From the NCBI GenBank assembly GCA_001643675.2, contig LSRY02000024.1, forward strand, positions 372,001 through 436,000: a stretch of 64,000 bases of DNA, read 5' to 3'. The notes beneath the pieces were generated by a model. That model was not told the origin of the DNA. It was given only the letters and a program-made list of their open reading frames with translations, and made no database searches. A program made the translations under genes and the position numbers. Of this stretch, positions 36,773 to 50,090 are shown piece after piece (position 1 is the stretch's first letter; the number at the start of each line of letters is the position of its first letter). The stretch comes from Monocercomonoides exilis PA203. Its lineage: Eukaryota > Protista > Preaxostyla.

Positions 36773-37580
36773 ACATCACATTTTGATCACTTTGCAATAA
36801 GAAAATACAATTAATACAAATGATGGCATTTGAATTTCAAACAAAAACAAAACACAAGAATTGTCAACGTGCCATTAGTAATCAGCTCGTTGATTTCACG
36901 ATAATAATTTTATTCCATTTTTATAGCAATATTGAAATAACAACCAGATTGATTATTTTCACAAGACCACATTTTTTACACATTCATACTCTCAAACGAT
37001 AAACATGTGGCTATGTCAGAAAAACAAGTGATATACAAATTCTCACAATAATCATCATCATCCAAGCATTAACAGTTTAATGCTATGGAACATCTTTTTT
37101 TCTATCCTCATGCATTTCACATCATCTCTCATTCCCCTCCTCTTTCGCAGCGAAAAACGTGACACATCAACTCTCGTCCCTTCATAAAACAATCCTGATA
37201 GTTCGCAACCATTCTTTCATTCATCGTTTCTTTCACAACCAGAAACTCTGTTCATTTCACTATCCTTTCAAATCCTTCGCAGATTCTGTCCTGTGCAGCT
37301 TTGCCTCTTCTGTTTCAGATCCAATGCATATTCGAGCTTCCGTTGATATCAATAATACAAATATCTCAAAAACTCTCCTTGAATTAATGTTGCACAAATT
37401 CACTCCAATTTATTTCACTTGAATTGACACAGAACAGCTTTTTTAAACACATTTTCCCCTTATATTGCTCATATTTCCAATAACAATTTTCCTCATCCTC
37501 AGCCCCACATTCATTTGCTTGCACCCTTCGAAAATAGATGGGACAAATCTGCCTGTTTTATCAATCACATAACAGGCTTT

Positions 37581-40444
37581 ATATAATCTAGTTGACAGAC
37601 GATTTGAGCTAAAATACAGATAATAAATGAAAAGCGCTCTTTTTCTAATAACTAAAAAACTGAAATTATTTGGCGAAACTTTGTCTGTCATGTTCAGTTT
37701 TAAAAATGCCAAAAATAAAAAAATAATGGGTGTGATCATTGAATTAATTTGTTCTCACGCATATTTACGCTCATTGCAAACTAACATTGATGAACTCGGT
37801 AGCATCCTTTTTTTTTTTTTGTTAATTTGTGCATTGATCAAGTTTTAACTCTAATTTTGTTTTTAATGTTTGAATCATGTGTAATTTATTAATCAACTTT
37901 TGATTGGAAGCACACAAGCATTAAATAAAATCAAACACACTCAATTTTGAAAAAATAATGGCGCTAAGTTTGAGTCTTTGGTTTCAAATATTGATTATTT
38001 GAAATTTTAATAATTATTAGTTGAAAACAATTTTGAACGATTTATATTGCTCACTGAAAATTGGTAACATACAATCGAATGAATTGGTAGAATTTTGAAT
38101 TAATTGGATGAAAAGGAACTGTGTAAAAGTAACATGTTTAAACAATTCAATGAAATGTGAAAGAGTTGTTGAAAATCAGCTACCATTGGTTCATAAGCTT
38201 CTTTCGTTGAAACAAATATTATGTTTCATTACGCTGAAATGCACTCAACATTAATGCTCCGAAAGATCATTAAGTGACATTTATATTATGAAGATAACTG
38301 TGGATGAGATGAATAAAGAACGAAACAAAAAATATTTAATTTATTTCAAAGAATGCATAATCTGTTTTACGAGAATTATCTTCCAAACAGATAGCTGCAT
38401 TCCAAAATGCTCCATTCCACTTCTTCTTTTGACATAGAAGAAAATGAGGAAATGCAAAAGAAAGGCGTTGTTTTTTATATTTGAATTGAGCCACCCTGTA
38501 AATTTGTGTGAATGATCGTTGCACTTCTTTTCTTGTCAGAATATCCATGTATCCAAAGCAAATTCAAAGAAATACAAATGAGAAATTGAAATCATGACAA
38601 AAAATATGCTGAAACAGAGAAGAAGTCGAAAGCAATCGTTTTGTTGATATTTTTTTCACTTTTTTCAATTCAATTTTTCGCTTTTACTTCGAAAGTTTAC
38701 TCAAGCAAGTTAATTTATCATTGTGAATATACACCTGATATTTTATTTAACTCTATTTTGTTTTGTTTAAAAACAAGATCTGATGTGAAAAAAATATAAA
38801 AATAAACGGTCTTCACAAAATTTCGAGTGATTCCGAAAAATTCAGGTATTTTATAGATAAAAAAGTTTGTAGATGAGGGAAAAAGCCGACGTAGAAACCT
38901 GGTATTTGTTTTGTTTGCAGTCCACTTCTCTTTTTTGAATTTAAACAGTGAAATCTGATAGTACATTTTTTTATCATTTCCCTGTCTATTTTCTCACATG
39001 CATCTCTTCATCTTTTTTATTAAAACATCCCAGTTTTCTTTTTCATTCTCTTTCATCTATCTATTGTTAATATCATTGAAAAACGAAATATGGATATCAA
39101 TTTGTTTGAACATTATATTTGACAAAATAATATCCTCCTCTTCATCTTCAACAACATTTCCTTTCTTCCAGTCTCTTCAACTGTGCAAATCACTCTCATT
39201 ATGCTTCCAACTCACATTCTAATTTCTTCATTTTTGTTTTGATGATAGATAAAATAAAATTCCAAAACTTTTCTTCGTCAAAAATTACTCTTGCTTCTTT
39301 CCTTTCCTTTCCTTTCTATTTAGCTTTCTTCTTTTTTCGTTTTCCAACAAACGCATTCTCTCAGCTCTTCCAGTTCTCTTATTGTATCTCTCATAAAATG
39401 AAGCTCATTTGAAAGAACTTCTTCCAAACTTCTATCCAAAAAAAAAATACTTTTTATCATGAGCATTCAAGAAGTCTGATAGGTATATTGAGTCAAATTG
39501 CGATGTTCTTGCATACACTGGATGGTTTCTTTGATCTCGTTCATAAACAGTTCATGCTCTATTTCCTTATCAAGTAAGAAAGAAAATCAAAAACGTTTAT
39601 AATAAAACAAGAATGTTTTTCCATATTGATAGTTATAGCAATTCAGCGCTGAAAGTGCTTGTTTCACTTCTTTAAAAGCTTCCTCGTTTTCCTCTTTCAT
39701 CAACGTAACTTACAGCAGACAAAGCACACCAGTTGATATCGGCATTATGAAAACTCATAAAAAAACAAAAGATTTGATTTGGAAAAATCTTTCACCAATT
39801 TTTCAATCTTTCCTTCGTTCTTTTTGGCTTCTTTAATAAAATTCTCTTCTTAAATCGCTTTGTTCATAATAATGTTTTTTTTTCTGCTCCAATAAAAATA
39901 TCTCGCGATATCATTCGCAATTTCTCGTGAATTCAACAAGGCACATACGCTCAGACAATTCGACTTCCTGTTTTTAAATAATAATTTAAAAAATTGATTT
40001 GATCAATTATTTCTTGAAAAGACAAAATCAAACCAGTATTTAATCGAAACACAAATTCTGATGAGAACATTTCAATCCATTATTAAAACATGAATCAACT
40101 AATTTTCCAAAAATTTATCCTTTTTTAAGATTAAAACATGCTTTGATAATTTCTACACTATTCAACATTAATTACACTGTATATCAAAAGAAATAAATAA
40201 AAATGTACATGGAATTAGCAAGCCACCGAGTTCATCTATATAAGTTTGCAATGAGCGTAAATATGCGTGAGAACAAATTAATTCAATGATCACACCCATT
40301 ATTTTTTTATTTTTGGCATTTTTAAAACTGAACATGACAGACAAAGTTTCGCCAAATAATTTCAGTTTTTTAGTTATTAGAAAAAGAGCGCTTTTCATTT
40401 ATTATCTGTATTTTAGCTCAAATCGTCTGTCAACTAGATTATAT
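37581..40444. mobile_element. Non-autonomous element with 220-bp TIRs carrying a host-gene copy
   Basis: 37581..37800 is the reverse complement of 40225..40444, with about 3 mismatches seen. ATAT occurs at both outer ends. Confidence 0.8.
38100..39950 (-). pseudogene. Decayed paralogue of the 43873..45305 gene family
   Basis: ELFMNEIKETIQCMQEHRNLTQYTYQ vs ELYLKKITEIIEHQQKQRNLSRLAYQ; EENEEA..EVKQALSAL vs EESEETQKEVEIALLAL; FTQIYRVA vs IVRIYQAA. Confidence 0.75.
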
Positions 40445-42092
40445 CTCGCCACATAACATTTCTCCCAATACGATAAACGCACACTGCACAATTTTCTTAT
40501 CCAACAAAAAACATAAACAAATTTGAACCCTTAATAATTCCATCAATCCAATAATGCAGATTGTTGAAATTTCCATCTTTCGATATTAAAACGCGAATAT
40601 TTCTTCATTTACTCTCCTACACAAATCAATGCTTTCCAAATCTACATTTTTTCCCCTTCAACCATCGTTCCCCTCAAACACTACTCCCTCCTTTTTCAAT
40701 TGAGCAGAAATCGTCTTCTCACTTCCACAAGAATGCATGAACTTCATGCTTCCTTTCCTCACATGGCGAATTCATTTTATTCCACTCCTGCATCTCAATA
40801 CGTCATTCTCTTCTCCTTTCAGTACAATTCTCATCACCACCACTTCTTTGTTCCTCTCATTCACAACACCTTCCACATTCAATCATTCCACAATCTGACT
40901 CAGATGTACAGACAACATCACATACTCAAATGATGCTCTTCCAGAAGAGCGATTCTGTTTATTCTTAATCTTCCTTTGCATTCACATTATCATGTGTCTG
41001 ACAATCTTGCTCCATCCCAACTCAAATCCCACATTCGAATCATTCACTTTCCCGCCTTTTGTTCACTGAACCATGCTTTGCACTGTTCAAAAGTTATGAA
41101 GAAGTCTCATCTCAGACATCTTTTCACTCAGACACCCACTGCTTTCCTTTCTGCTTCGTATTTATTTCTCTTCAGATCACATAAGCAAGCATCATCTCCA
41201 TCAAACTTCATGACAGGAAGAAGTTAATCATTCAATAATCAAAACCCCAACGCTTTTTGCAGCAACTCCTCCTTCTTTTGCTACGCTGTCAGCAACACAG
41301 CAAGCTTATTAATCGCAAGCCTTGCCTCTCCTTTATTTCTTCATCTTGTAACATCAACTCCTTCTGGTGATATAAAAATTTCAAATGAGATGAATGGAAC
41401 AAGGAACATGAACTTATCTTTGTCTGAATGAAAATCATCACTCCCCTTAAACAGAGTTTCATCATCCTTCATTGATGAGTCATCAAACTTGAATGAGTCA
41501 TTTGTCACAGAAGAATTAAAATCCTTTTCCAAAATGAACACGTTTTTCCCAATGGAAGCTTTGTTGCTCATAAATGCAGCTGTTTCCAAAAGAAAAGGCT
41601 TTTCATTCAAACAATTTTGACAATACAAAACAAGAATCCACCTTTTCCATTGCTTGATGAAAGCGAACAAGATGAAGCATTTGTTGATTTGATAATAAAT
41701 TCTTCAATCTTTTTCAAAACCACTCTTGCGAAACCTCCTTCTTCACCGCTTCCGGTGTTCACAACGTTTGAAATGTTGAGGTTTTCAAACAAAACAGTAG
41801 AAGCTACCACCAGTGGAGATTTGGAAAATGAACTATCTATCAGACTGTATCCTTTCAATGCGCAACTTTCACTCGTTGTGAACATCAATGAGCACTGATC
41901 TGTTTATGTCAAAGATTGAATATCAAATGAACAATTAAAGATTAGAAGATCTCCACATAATTTGATCAAATCAAATATATTTGACTTAAATATACACAAA
42001 ATCTTAAGTTCAATAAGTCGTCAGCTGTATTATTGCTTTTTAAGATAGGTTCAATTGATAATTTTCTTTTGATTGTAATAAATAATATTGCG

Positions 42093-42614
42093 GCCTTATT
42101 TCATTGTTCGTTCTGGAATTCATCCTCAAAAATGTGTAATCAAATTTGCTTCGTTTTTTTATTCCAAAATAATCATCTCATCCTCTCCCTGTGCTTTTTA
42201 TGCATCTTTTTCACTCAATTATGCTTTGTCTTCAGTATTCTTCTTATATCAGGAAAAAATATACAATGTTAATTGAGAAATGTCAAAAAATTTGAAAAAA
42301 TATAGTTAATCATTGAAAAGAACGCATACACACGTTTTTTCAATGCTTCTTTTTCATGATCACCATGGATTTATGCGTATGTCCTCCTGCTTCATGCAAA
42401 TAATCATCCAAAAAAATCTTAATCAAAATTCATTAAGGATAGAATGATTTATTGATAATTATTCATCACACACTTTAAAACTATATTTATGTATATGATT
42501 TGTAATATGATCTCAAACGTGGGTTCAATTCTTGGCGAAAGAAAGCAAATTTTAATATTTTGGTTATTAAAAATATGATTGTGGGATTGATCAAATTATT
42601 CAAATTTTTAAATT

Positions 42615-42668
<54 letters not shown>

Positions 42669-42936
42669 TGTTTTATTAATCAAATTTTTATTATTAAAAT
42701 TGAACAATATTACAATTAATAACATTTCATCTACTTTTTGTTTCAAAATTATCAAGTATTATTTATTTTTTGAAAAAATACTCATATTTATGGGTCATTT
42801 TTAAAAAAAGTTTTTTCACGAGAAACAAAAATTTTTGCGAAAAATCGGTCCATACTAAAGTTTTTAAATAATTTTTGCTTTTCAAACATTATAAAATTAA
42901 TAATTGAAATGCAGAATTGCAAAAGGGAGACAGTTA
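42093..42936 (-). repeat. Right arm of ~840-bp inverted repeat
   Basis: Reverse complement of 30405..31246. Confidence 0.92.
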
Positions 42937-43005
42937 CGCCTATGCCAACTTTGGCTCCTTCAGAGTCAACAGGTTCGTTTGTGCGAACGTGTTTTCTTTC
43001 TTTTT

Positions 43006-43036
<31 letters not shown>

Positions 43037-43872
43037 TTCTTATTCTTCTTATTCTTCTTCACCTTCTTCTTCTTCAGAATTCTCAACTTTATTTCCATCA
43101 TTTTTGTTTTCTTCTTTTTCTTCTTCCAATTCAAGAAACATTTCTTATTTCAAATTCTTCGCAAAAAGCCCATCAACTCAAATGAATAATACAATTTTGA
43201 TTATTTTTTTGATTCTTCTCTCTTTCTCTCTCGTCTTCAATCTTCAAGAGATACATCAAAACTCCCGTAAGAATTTCTTCCACTTCTCCGATTTTCAAAT
43301 TGAACATTTTTGTTGTCTTCAGATGCTGCAAACGGATTGTTTTGACTTTTGGAGATGGAAATGATAAAGAATGAGGAAACAGGCATAGAAAAGCGTTTGG
43401 GTTGAATATTTCTCTTCACTTGAATCAGCATCAACAATGTTGTTTACTGTTTTTGTTGTATTTTCAACATTCTCTGAGGGTTTCTGATATTCCCTGAAAG
43501 CAAAGAAAGCATTGAGAAAACACAATTTTCTTTTTGCCAATGAGCTGAAAAGTGGTTGTTATTCTCAAAACAATCAAAAGAATGAATGAAGAATATGAAA
43601 TAATAAATGTTTGTCAACTCATTTTGGGAAGAACTTTGGTGAAAGAAAGAAGAAAATGGAGAAATTGATGATTTTTAATATTTTAATTTGGAAAATAAAA
43701 ATTGAATTTTCTTTTTTTTTTTTTTGGTTATTTCTTCACTTCATTTTGATGAATCTGGATCATAAATCACTTCAAAAGCAAACATATGAAAATTAATTTT
43801 TGTACCGTTTTGTGAAATGAATGAAAAAAGAGAAAATTGAAAATAAAGAGTTACAAAATACAATGAATTTCC

Positions 43873-45305
43873 TCAAACATAAACAAAATAATCAGAAATA
43901 TTAAAAGGTAACTCATTAAAATATTTTTTATTGAGAAATTCAAATATTTTATGAAAGGTGGTGATGGTATCTTCGTATCCTTCTTCCTCCATCTTTTCAA
44001 AAATCTCCATTTTGATTGCCTTTCTTTTCATTTCATCATTTTCACTTTTCTCCTTTCCTTTTAATCGATATGAAACATTCACAAGGAATTGAAAGCATTC
44101 ATACGCCATGTTCTCATTCAACTTCGGTCGCTGCATCTCCTCCAAAACAGTATCAACAGCTCCTCCATTCAACAAGTCTTCAACTTTCACAACTCTTCTT
44201 TGCACCGCAATTCTCAAGGAACAAATGCATTGATTGCTAATTTCTCTGTGATTATCCTTGGCTGCTTGATATATCCGAACAATGCTATTGATTAGCCCAT
44301 CATATTCTTTATTCTCTAATTTGCATCTGAGGAAATAATAACCCGATGTTTCGAGCCATCTTATCAAAATAAACTCTTCTCTCGTTTCTTTTCCTCGTTC
44401 CACTTCTTTTCTCTTCAAATTCACATTTCTTGTTAGCTCTTCCAGTTCTCTTGCTGCTTCTCTAGCAAAGTGTAATTCGTTCACAATCACATCTTTTAAA
44501 TTTCTATCTCTGAAAAATCTGTTCATAAAAAATTGCCAAACAGATTGATAGGCCAGTCGTGAAAGGTTTCTTTGTTTCTGCTGATGTTCGATGATTTCTG
44601 TAATTTTCTTCAAATACAGTTCTCGTTCTATAAACTAATCAGAAATAAAGGGGAAAAAAGCAAATATAATAAAAATGAAAATGAAATGTTCATACAAAAT
44701 CTTGTCTAACGCGACTTAAAGCCAGCAAGGCAATTTCCACTTCCTTTTGTGTCTCCTCGCTTTCCTCTTTTACCGATGCAGATTTCAGCAGGCAAGGAAT
44801 ACAAATTGAAAGTAATTCATAAGATGATCCGTTTTTAAGTAAAAGATGGCATTCACAAAGATCGATCAGAAAATTTTCATTCTTTTTTTCTTTTTTCTTA
44901 TCTTCCTCAACAATCATCTTTTCAAATCTTTCGTTTAATGTAGAATACTCAAAGAATCTATTCCAGACATTCTTCAGTACTTTGCAATATCCAATATGCT
45001 TCAGTATCCAAGTGGCATTTCCCAATTGCAGTTTCTTTTCCTCAATCATTTTGTCTATGTTTTCATACAGCTTTATCTTGAAAACTGATTCAAATTCTTC
45101 CGTATTCATTCCATCAATTATTTCATTCATTTCTCCAATTTTCTTTCTCTGCTCATCTTCATTGCAATGTTCAAGTTCACAAAACAATTCTTCAAATAAA
45201 TAAAGAATAAATTAAATCACAATAATCATGAATTTTAATGCAATAACAAGCACAAACTATTAAACCTTTTGATTCTACTCGTTGACTGCATTTTTGAAAA
45301 TGCAT
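43873..45305 (-). CDS. Uncharacterised helical protein of an expanded family, 3 exons (45305..45266, 45189..44696, 44634..43873), ~430 aa
   Basis: GT-AG introns 45265..45190 and 44695..44635 join MHFQKCSQRVESK-E-LFCELEHC... and ...FIERELYLKK in frame to a stop codon. Confidence 0.8.
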
Positions 45306-46049
45306 TGCAGCCAGAAAAAAACGAAAATTCGTCATTTGATTTGAATTCAGATACCATTGGAAAGAAGAAATTGGGGCAAAATATAAGCTCAAAGCAACCA
45401 TAAAAGCATAAGTTGTTATACCATTCTGCGTTGTTAGTGTTATTTGGCAAGGCGTTACAAACAAAGAATGAAGAAAAAACGATAAATCTTTTTTTGTGTT
45501 TGCAGTAATGGAGATTCAGATCATCAGATTTGAAAGAACAAAAATATTCCTTGCTAAAAATTGAGAGACGGTGAACAAATATTTTCTGCGGAATGGACGA
45601 TATTATATTGAGAGGTTGCACGAGACAGCGACTTCAAGGCATCGATGATGGAATTTAGGAAGACGATTTTTATGAGAAACATCTTGGAAGGAAATTCAAC
45701 AATTTTTTTAAAAAATCAAAATATTTTTATGTTTGCATTTTTTGAATGGTTGTTATTCATTTTTAAAGATGTTTCCATCTGTGGTTTTCTCAGAGCGCAA
45801 GAATCTGATAAATTTTATAAATGGCCATTCTTTTGCTTTTCTGAGGAGAATATCAGAAGAGTGAAGGATGCTGAGATACAATCAGTAGATAGGAATTGCA
45901 TATTTTTTTGAATTCAATCGGAACAGGGGAAGAAAACATATTCGATTTCAAAGCATTTGGCTGAGATCGAAAAAAAAGAAGAATACCAACAATTGGACGG
46001 CTATTGGAAAGAAAAAATTCAGAAATATTTTTTTTCCTGGGAAAAAAGT

Positions 46050-48250
46050 GTGAAAACATAGAAAGAAGGATATTTTAGGAGAAAAAAGGATGATGGAGAA
46101 AGGAGCACAGGGAAACTATGGAAAAGGAGAATGGAAGCATCGGTGATTGGACAATCATCTGCATTTACAATAGAAAGGACAGGCGTGAACTTTTGAGGTA
46201 TTTTTAAAATTAATGCAAAACTAATTATTTTTATCATTTCTTTTATCTTTTTTTTTTCAGACAACAGCATTTTTTTCATGTTGTGCATCATTTTCAGGAA
46301 CAATCCATTTCAAGCAGCATTTTTACAAATCGTGTGGCTTCTTCTCCTTCTCCTTCTCCTTCGATCTCTTCATTGATGATATTTAATGCTTGGTTGATGA
46401 AAAGAAGACCTTTTTCGTTTTTGAGAATTTGTTGTTTGGATGGCTATCATATTCTCATGTTGCAACACAAAATAAAACTACTGTCTGTTGCTGCTGTTGA
46501 CTGTTATGAAATTCGAATCCATTCAACATTTCTTCATTTTCTTCAAATGAGTCTTGTTCACATTTGTCGTTCAACTTCCTTCAGAAGATCTCCATCCAAC
46601 TCATTTCATTCCATTTCTCTTTCAGCTTCTCTTTCTTTCTTTCTTTCTTCATATCTGCTGATGAATGAATTCTGTTTGCAAATGCTGTTATTGTGTTGCA
46701 TTCTGATCATTCAGCACGTGTTTCATCATCTTCTTCTTCGCCTTCTTCCACTTCTCCTTCTTCTATTTCTCCGAAATTTTTTTCTTCTTCTTTTCCTCCT
46801 TCTTCTTCGTATTCTTTGCCTTCTTCTTCTTCCTCCTCCTCCTCCTCTTCCTCTTCCTCTTCCTCTTCCTCTTTTTATAATTTTTCTCATTTGACATTGG
46901 ATCAGAGAGCAGACCTTCCAATGTGTTAATGCTTATCAATCGGCAGCACAGCAAATTGAAAAGAAAAATAATTTCAATTGTTCCTCTTCTTCTCAACTGT
47001 CATTCGCAATATTGGAAATGAAAAGCCATCTGTACAAAATCTGTCTTTTCATTTTATCCTTTTCTTCATCTTCTTCCTCTTCCTCTTCATCATTATCTTC
47101 TTTTTTCACTTTCCCTTGTAATTAAATTCCTTCAACCCATCACATCTTCTCATGAATTCTAAAATAAGCTTATGAGAACATTCTCATTCGGAGAAATGCA
47201 ATCTGAATGATCTATTTCTCCGACAGACATATTCTGCACACAACACCCCTTCTCCTATATATTCTTCTTCTTCTCTTTCTTCTTTTTCTCCTTCTTCTCC
47301 TTCTTCACGTTTTTCGTCGTTTTCTTTTTTTGCTTCAACTTCTTTCACGTTTTTTTTATTTGATGATTCGTCTCATTAAACATTTGATCGAAGCATCATC
47401 GAACTGATGCATTCACACATCTCAATCTGCTGCTCCGCAGAATTTAGCCAATAATTTCTTTGTTTGCTTTTCTTCGTCTGGGATTATCAGGCACAGAATT
47501 ATCCTTCTTTTCATTCGCGATTCTCGTGATGAAAAAAAGGCAATTTGAACGAATTGATTTCATTTCATTCAAATCAACTTCTTCTTCAACGCCTTCTTCG
47601 ATGAGCATCAAAAATAATGTTGAATTGTTCATTTCATTCAACTCCCCTCGAATTCAGCTCCAGGCCTTGTCTTTCATTCTTACTCAGAAAGACGAAAAAA
47701 ATATATATTCTATCATGGAATATCAGCAGAAATTATGAGACAACGAAATGGAAGAAACTTTTAGCGGAGAATGGCCAATCATCATCAGGTGCACAATCCA
47801 AGATGATCGAATCCGACTTTTTTGCATTTGGAAGATGAAAGAATTCACAGAAAACAGAAAGAACAAGGCAGAAGACGATATTTGGAACACATTATAATAT
47901 GGATGATGCTTGAGAGATTGCATAACACAACATGCGCATTCATCAAGCAATCAAAGGAGAAATGAGGAGAGGAATAGAAATTTATTAGAAAACAAATAAG
48001 CGAAGGATAATTCTATGAAATGAGAGCTTCTGCAGCGGACAAAAAAGGTGAAGTGAAAACAGCAAAAGTTATTGAAAGTTTAGAAGAACTTTCTGATATG
48101 ATTGAAGAAATGCTATTTGAAGAAAAGAAATAATAGAAAGCATTCTTTTAAGCAGAGAGTTTTATTTTCATTTGAAGAAGAAGCCAAATCAAATGGAAAA
48201 TGACGAAGAAGCAATACAACATGTGCTGATTTAGGGATCTATGAAAGGCA
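46050..48250 (-). pseudogene. Decayed helical/acidic protein gene of unknown family
   Basis: Protein-like fragments (47444..47641, 47723..47950, ~46300-46700) with E-rich runs and many stops. Confidence 0.35.
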
Positions 48251-48329
48251 AGTGATGGTATATGCTTCAGTTGAAAAGAAGATGAAAGCTCAAGGATTTT
48301 GCAATGATATCGAAACTGTTCAAAATAAG

Positions 48330-50090
48330 AAGAAATAATTGAAGAAATCAAAAGGATATAAGAAAAAGTCTATCATTTCGAGTGATTTTTGTATTTGGGG
48401 CACGAAATGTGAGAGTCTTTGAGTGGGAGTGAAAGAGGAGATGAGAAGAGAGAGAAAGAGAAAGAGAGAAAGAGGAAGAGAAAGAGAAAGAGAAAGAGAA
48501 AGAGAGAGAGAAGGAGGGAGGAAGGCATCGCTGAAGGGAGAAATGAAGCCGTTGGGGACATCTTCGATGGTGGAACATGTGATTTTGCTGTGTTTCGCCA
48601 CAGATGTCGGAATCAGTTTAATTATTTGGAACAATTTTGTTCTGGTTGATGATTGGAAGCCAGCAATTGTTCACTGCATTGTCTGCTTGTCCATTATTCC
48701 AGACTCTTTTTGTTGGGGTTGTTGAACAACAATTGTCAAATGGTGATTGAATAATACTGCTTCCATTGAAGAACACATCGTTTCCTCTTCCATTTGTTGC
48801 AGTATTTCCATCGAAAAAGCAGAAAGTGATGAATTTATTTCCACTCATCCAGGAATAGGTTGAATAGTAGAAAATAGCTGCACCTCCATAAGATTTAGAA
48901 GCAGTCAGATTGTTATTGTTGAACTGGCAATCATTCACCAAAAACTGATTTGGTTTATTTTGTGGAGGTCAATTGAATGTTACAGCACCAGCAGGATCAC
49001 CACCAGAATTTGAGATGTACTTTCATTTGGAAAACAGAAATTGAAAATTTGTAGGATCATTTCCTAGAGCAAAATACCAACCAGTTCCACACCAATCAGT
49101 TATTGAACAACTTTCCACTCTGTTTTCTGAGAATGTCCAAACAGAATTAGATTGTGGATTCCATATTTCTACAGCACCTCCATGTCTCGCCTGACAATTC
49201 GAAAAATCAGATTTTGTGATGCTGATTTGTAATAAATATCGGCAGGACATTACTCCTCCTTCACCATTTCCTGTACAGTAACAATTGTTGAATGAACATA
49301 AAGTGATTGTGAGGTTGGCATTTGTGTAACTAACTTTTAGTGCACCTCCATGATAAGTTTCGCCAGTTGAACAATTCCATTCGCACCATTCAAATATGTG
49401 GCTGTTTGCATCGAATGAAATCAGTCTTCTAGGTGATTTTCTTTGAGATTCAGTTCCAACATGAACTACAGCAGCATTTGATAAAGAACGTGTTTGTTTG
49501 AGAAAAGATGTGTTGAAGGCAGAGAGAGAAGTTGATGAGTTGTTGAGGTTTGGGAGAATGGCACCATCGATGGGGTTGTGGGTGTGGAGGAAGAGGGATA
49601 AGGTGGAGTATTTTGTTTGCCAGATGAACTCAGAGTTGAAAACCCAGAAAAGATCAACTTTTGCGAACATCTTCATTTTGTTTATCTTCACAATTCTCAA
49701 TCTTCAATCAACTCATTCTGTTCATTCATCATCTTCGTCTTTTTCCTCGCCTTCTTCTTCCTCTCTTTCCTAGCCTTCTCCTTCTTTTTCTTCTCTTCTT
49801 CCTCTTCTTCCTTTTCTTCTTTATCCTCTTCTTCTTCTTCCTTCACTCCCAAAAACAACATTATCACCACCTCTTCTTCTTCTTCTTCTTCTTCTTCTTC
49901 TTCTCAAAAGATTTCTTCTCCTTCTCCTCTATCAAATACATCTCCTTCTGCCTCTTCACCACCTCCTCTGTCTTTTCTCTGTATCGCTTCCTCTCTTTCT
50001 CCCACTCCTCTTTCGAAAGAAGAACACTCAACGCTTCCGCATTGTTGTTCAGAACACGCAGACACAGCAGCGCATCGCAATGGGTGAGGA
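48330..50090 (-). pseudogene. GGA-repeat (Pmp/right-handed beta-helix-like) protein, frameshifted
   Basis: Repeated motifs YHGGALKV, GEGGVMSC, RHGGAVEI, YGGAAIFY, FDGNTA and CSFNNC across ORFs 49023..49700 and 48618..48941. Limits are approximate. Confidence 0.65.

Larger units (their letters stand above)
37000..41900 (-). pseudogene. Decayed ectodomain of a large surface-protein family gene, split by the 2.9-kb TIR element
   Basis: Fragments with EGGFARV, GKGGFLF and FMSNKASIGKNVFI. The reading LCGE|..KACYVIDK is interrupted at the element ends. Outer limits are approximate. Confidence 0.6.

Noticed and set aside
40380-40444. Helitron 3' end (CTAG)
   Set aside because: CTAG is followed by A, not T. 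There is no GC-rich subterminal hairpin, and the sequence is one arm of an inverted pair.
30405-42936. Polinton/giant transposon defined by the 840-bp inverted repeats
   Set aside because: No TSD, no terminal AG/CT simple repeats, and no polB, integrase or capsid genes inside.
1-43000. Alternative genetic code explaining frequent in-frame stops
   Set aside because: Stops co-occur with frameshifts in TE relics. Host genes have long TAR-free frames and end in TAA/TGA.
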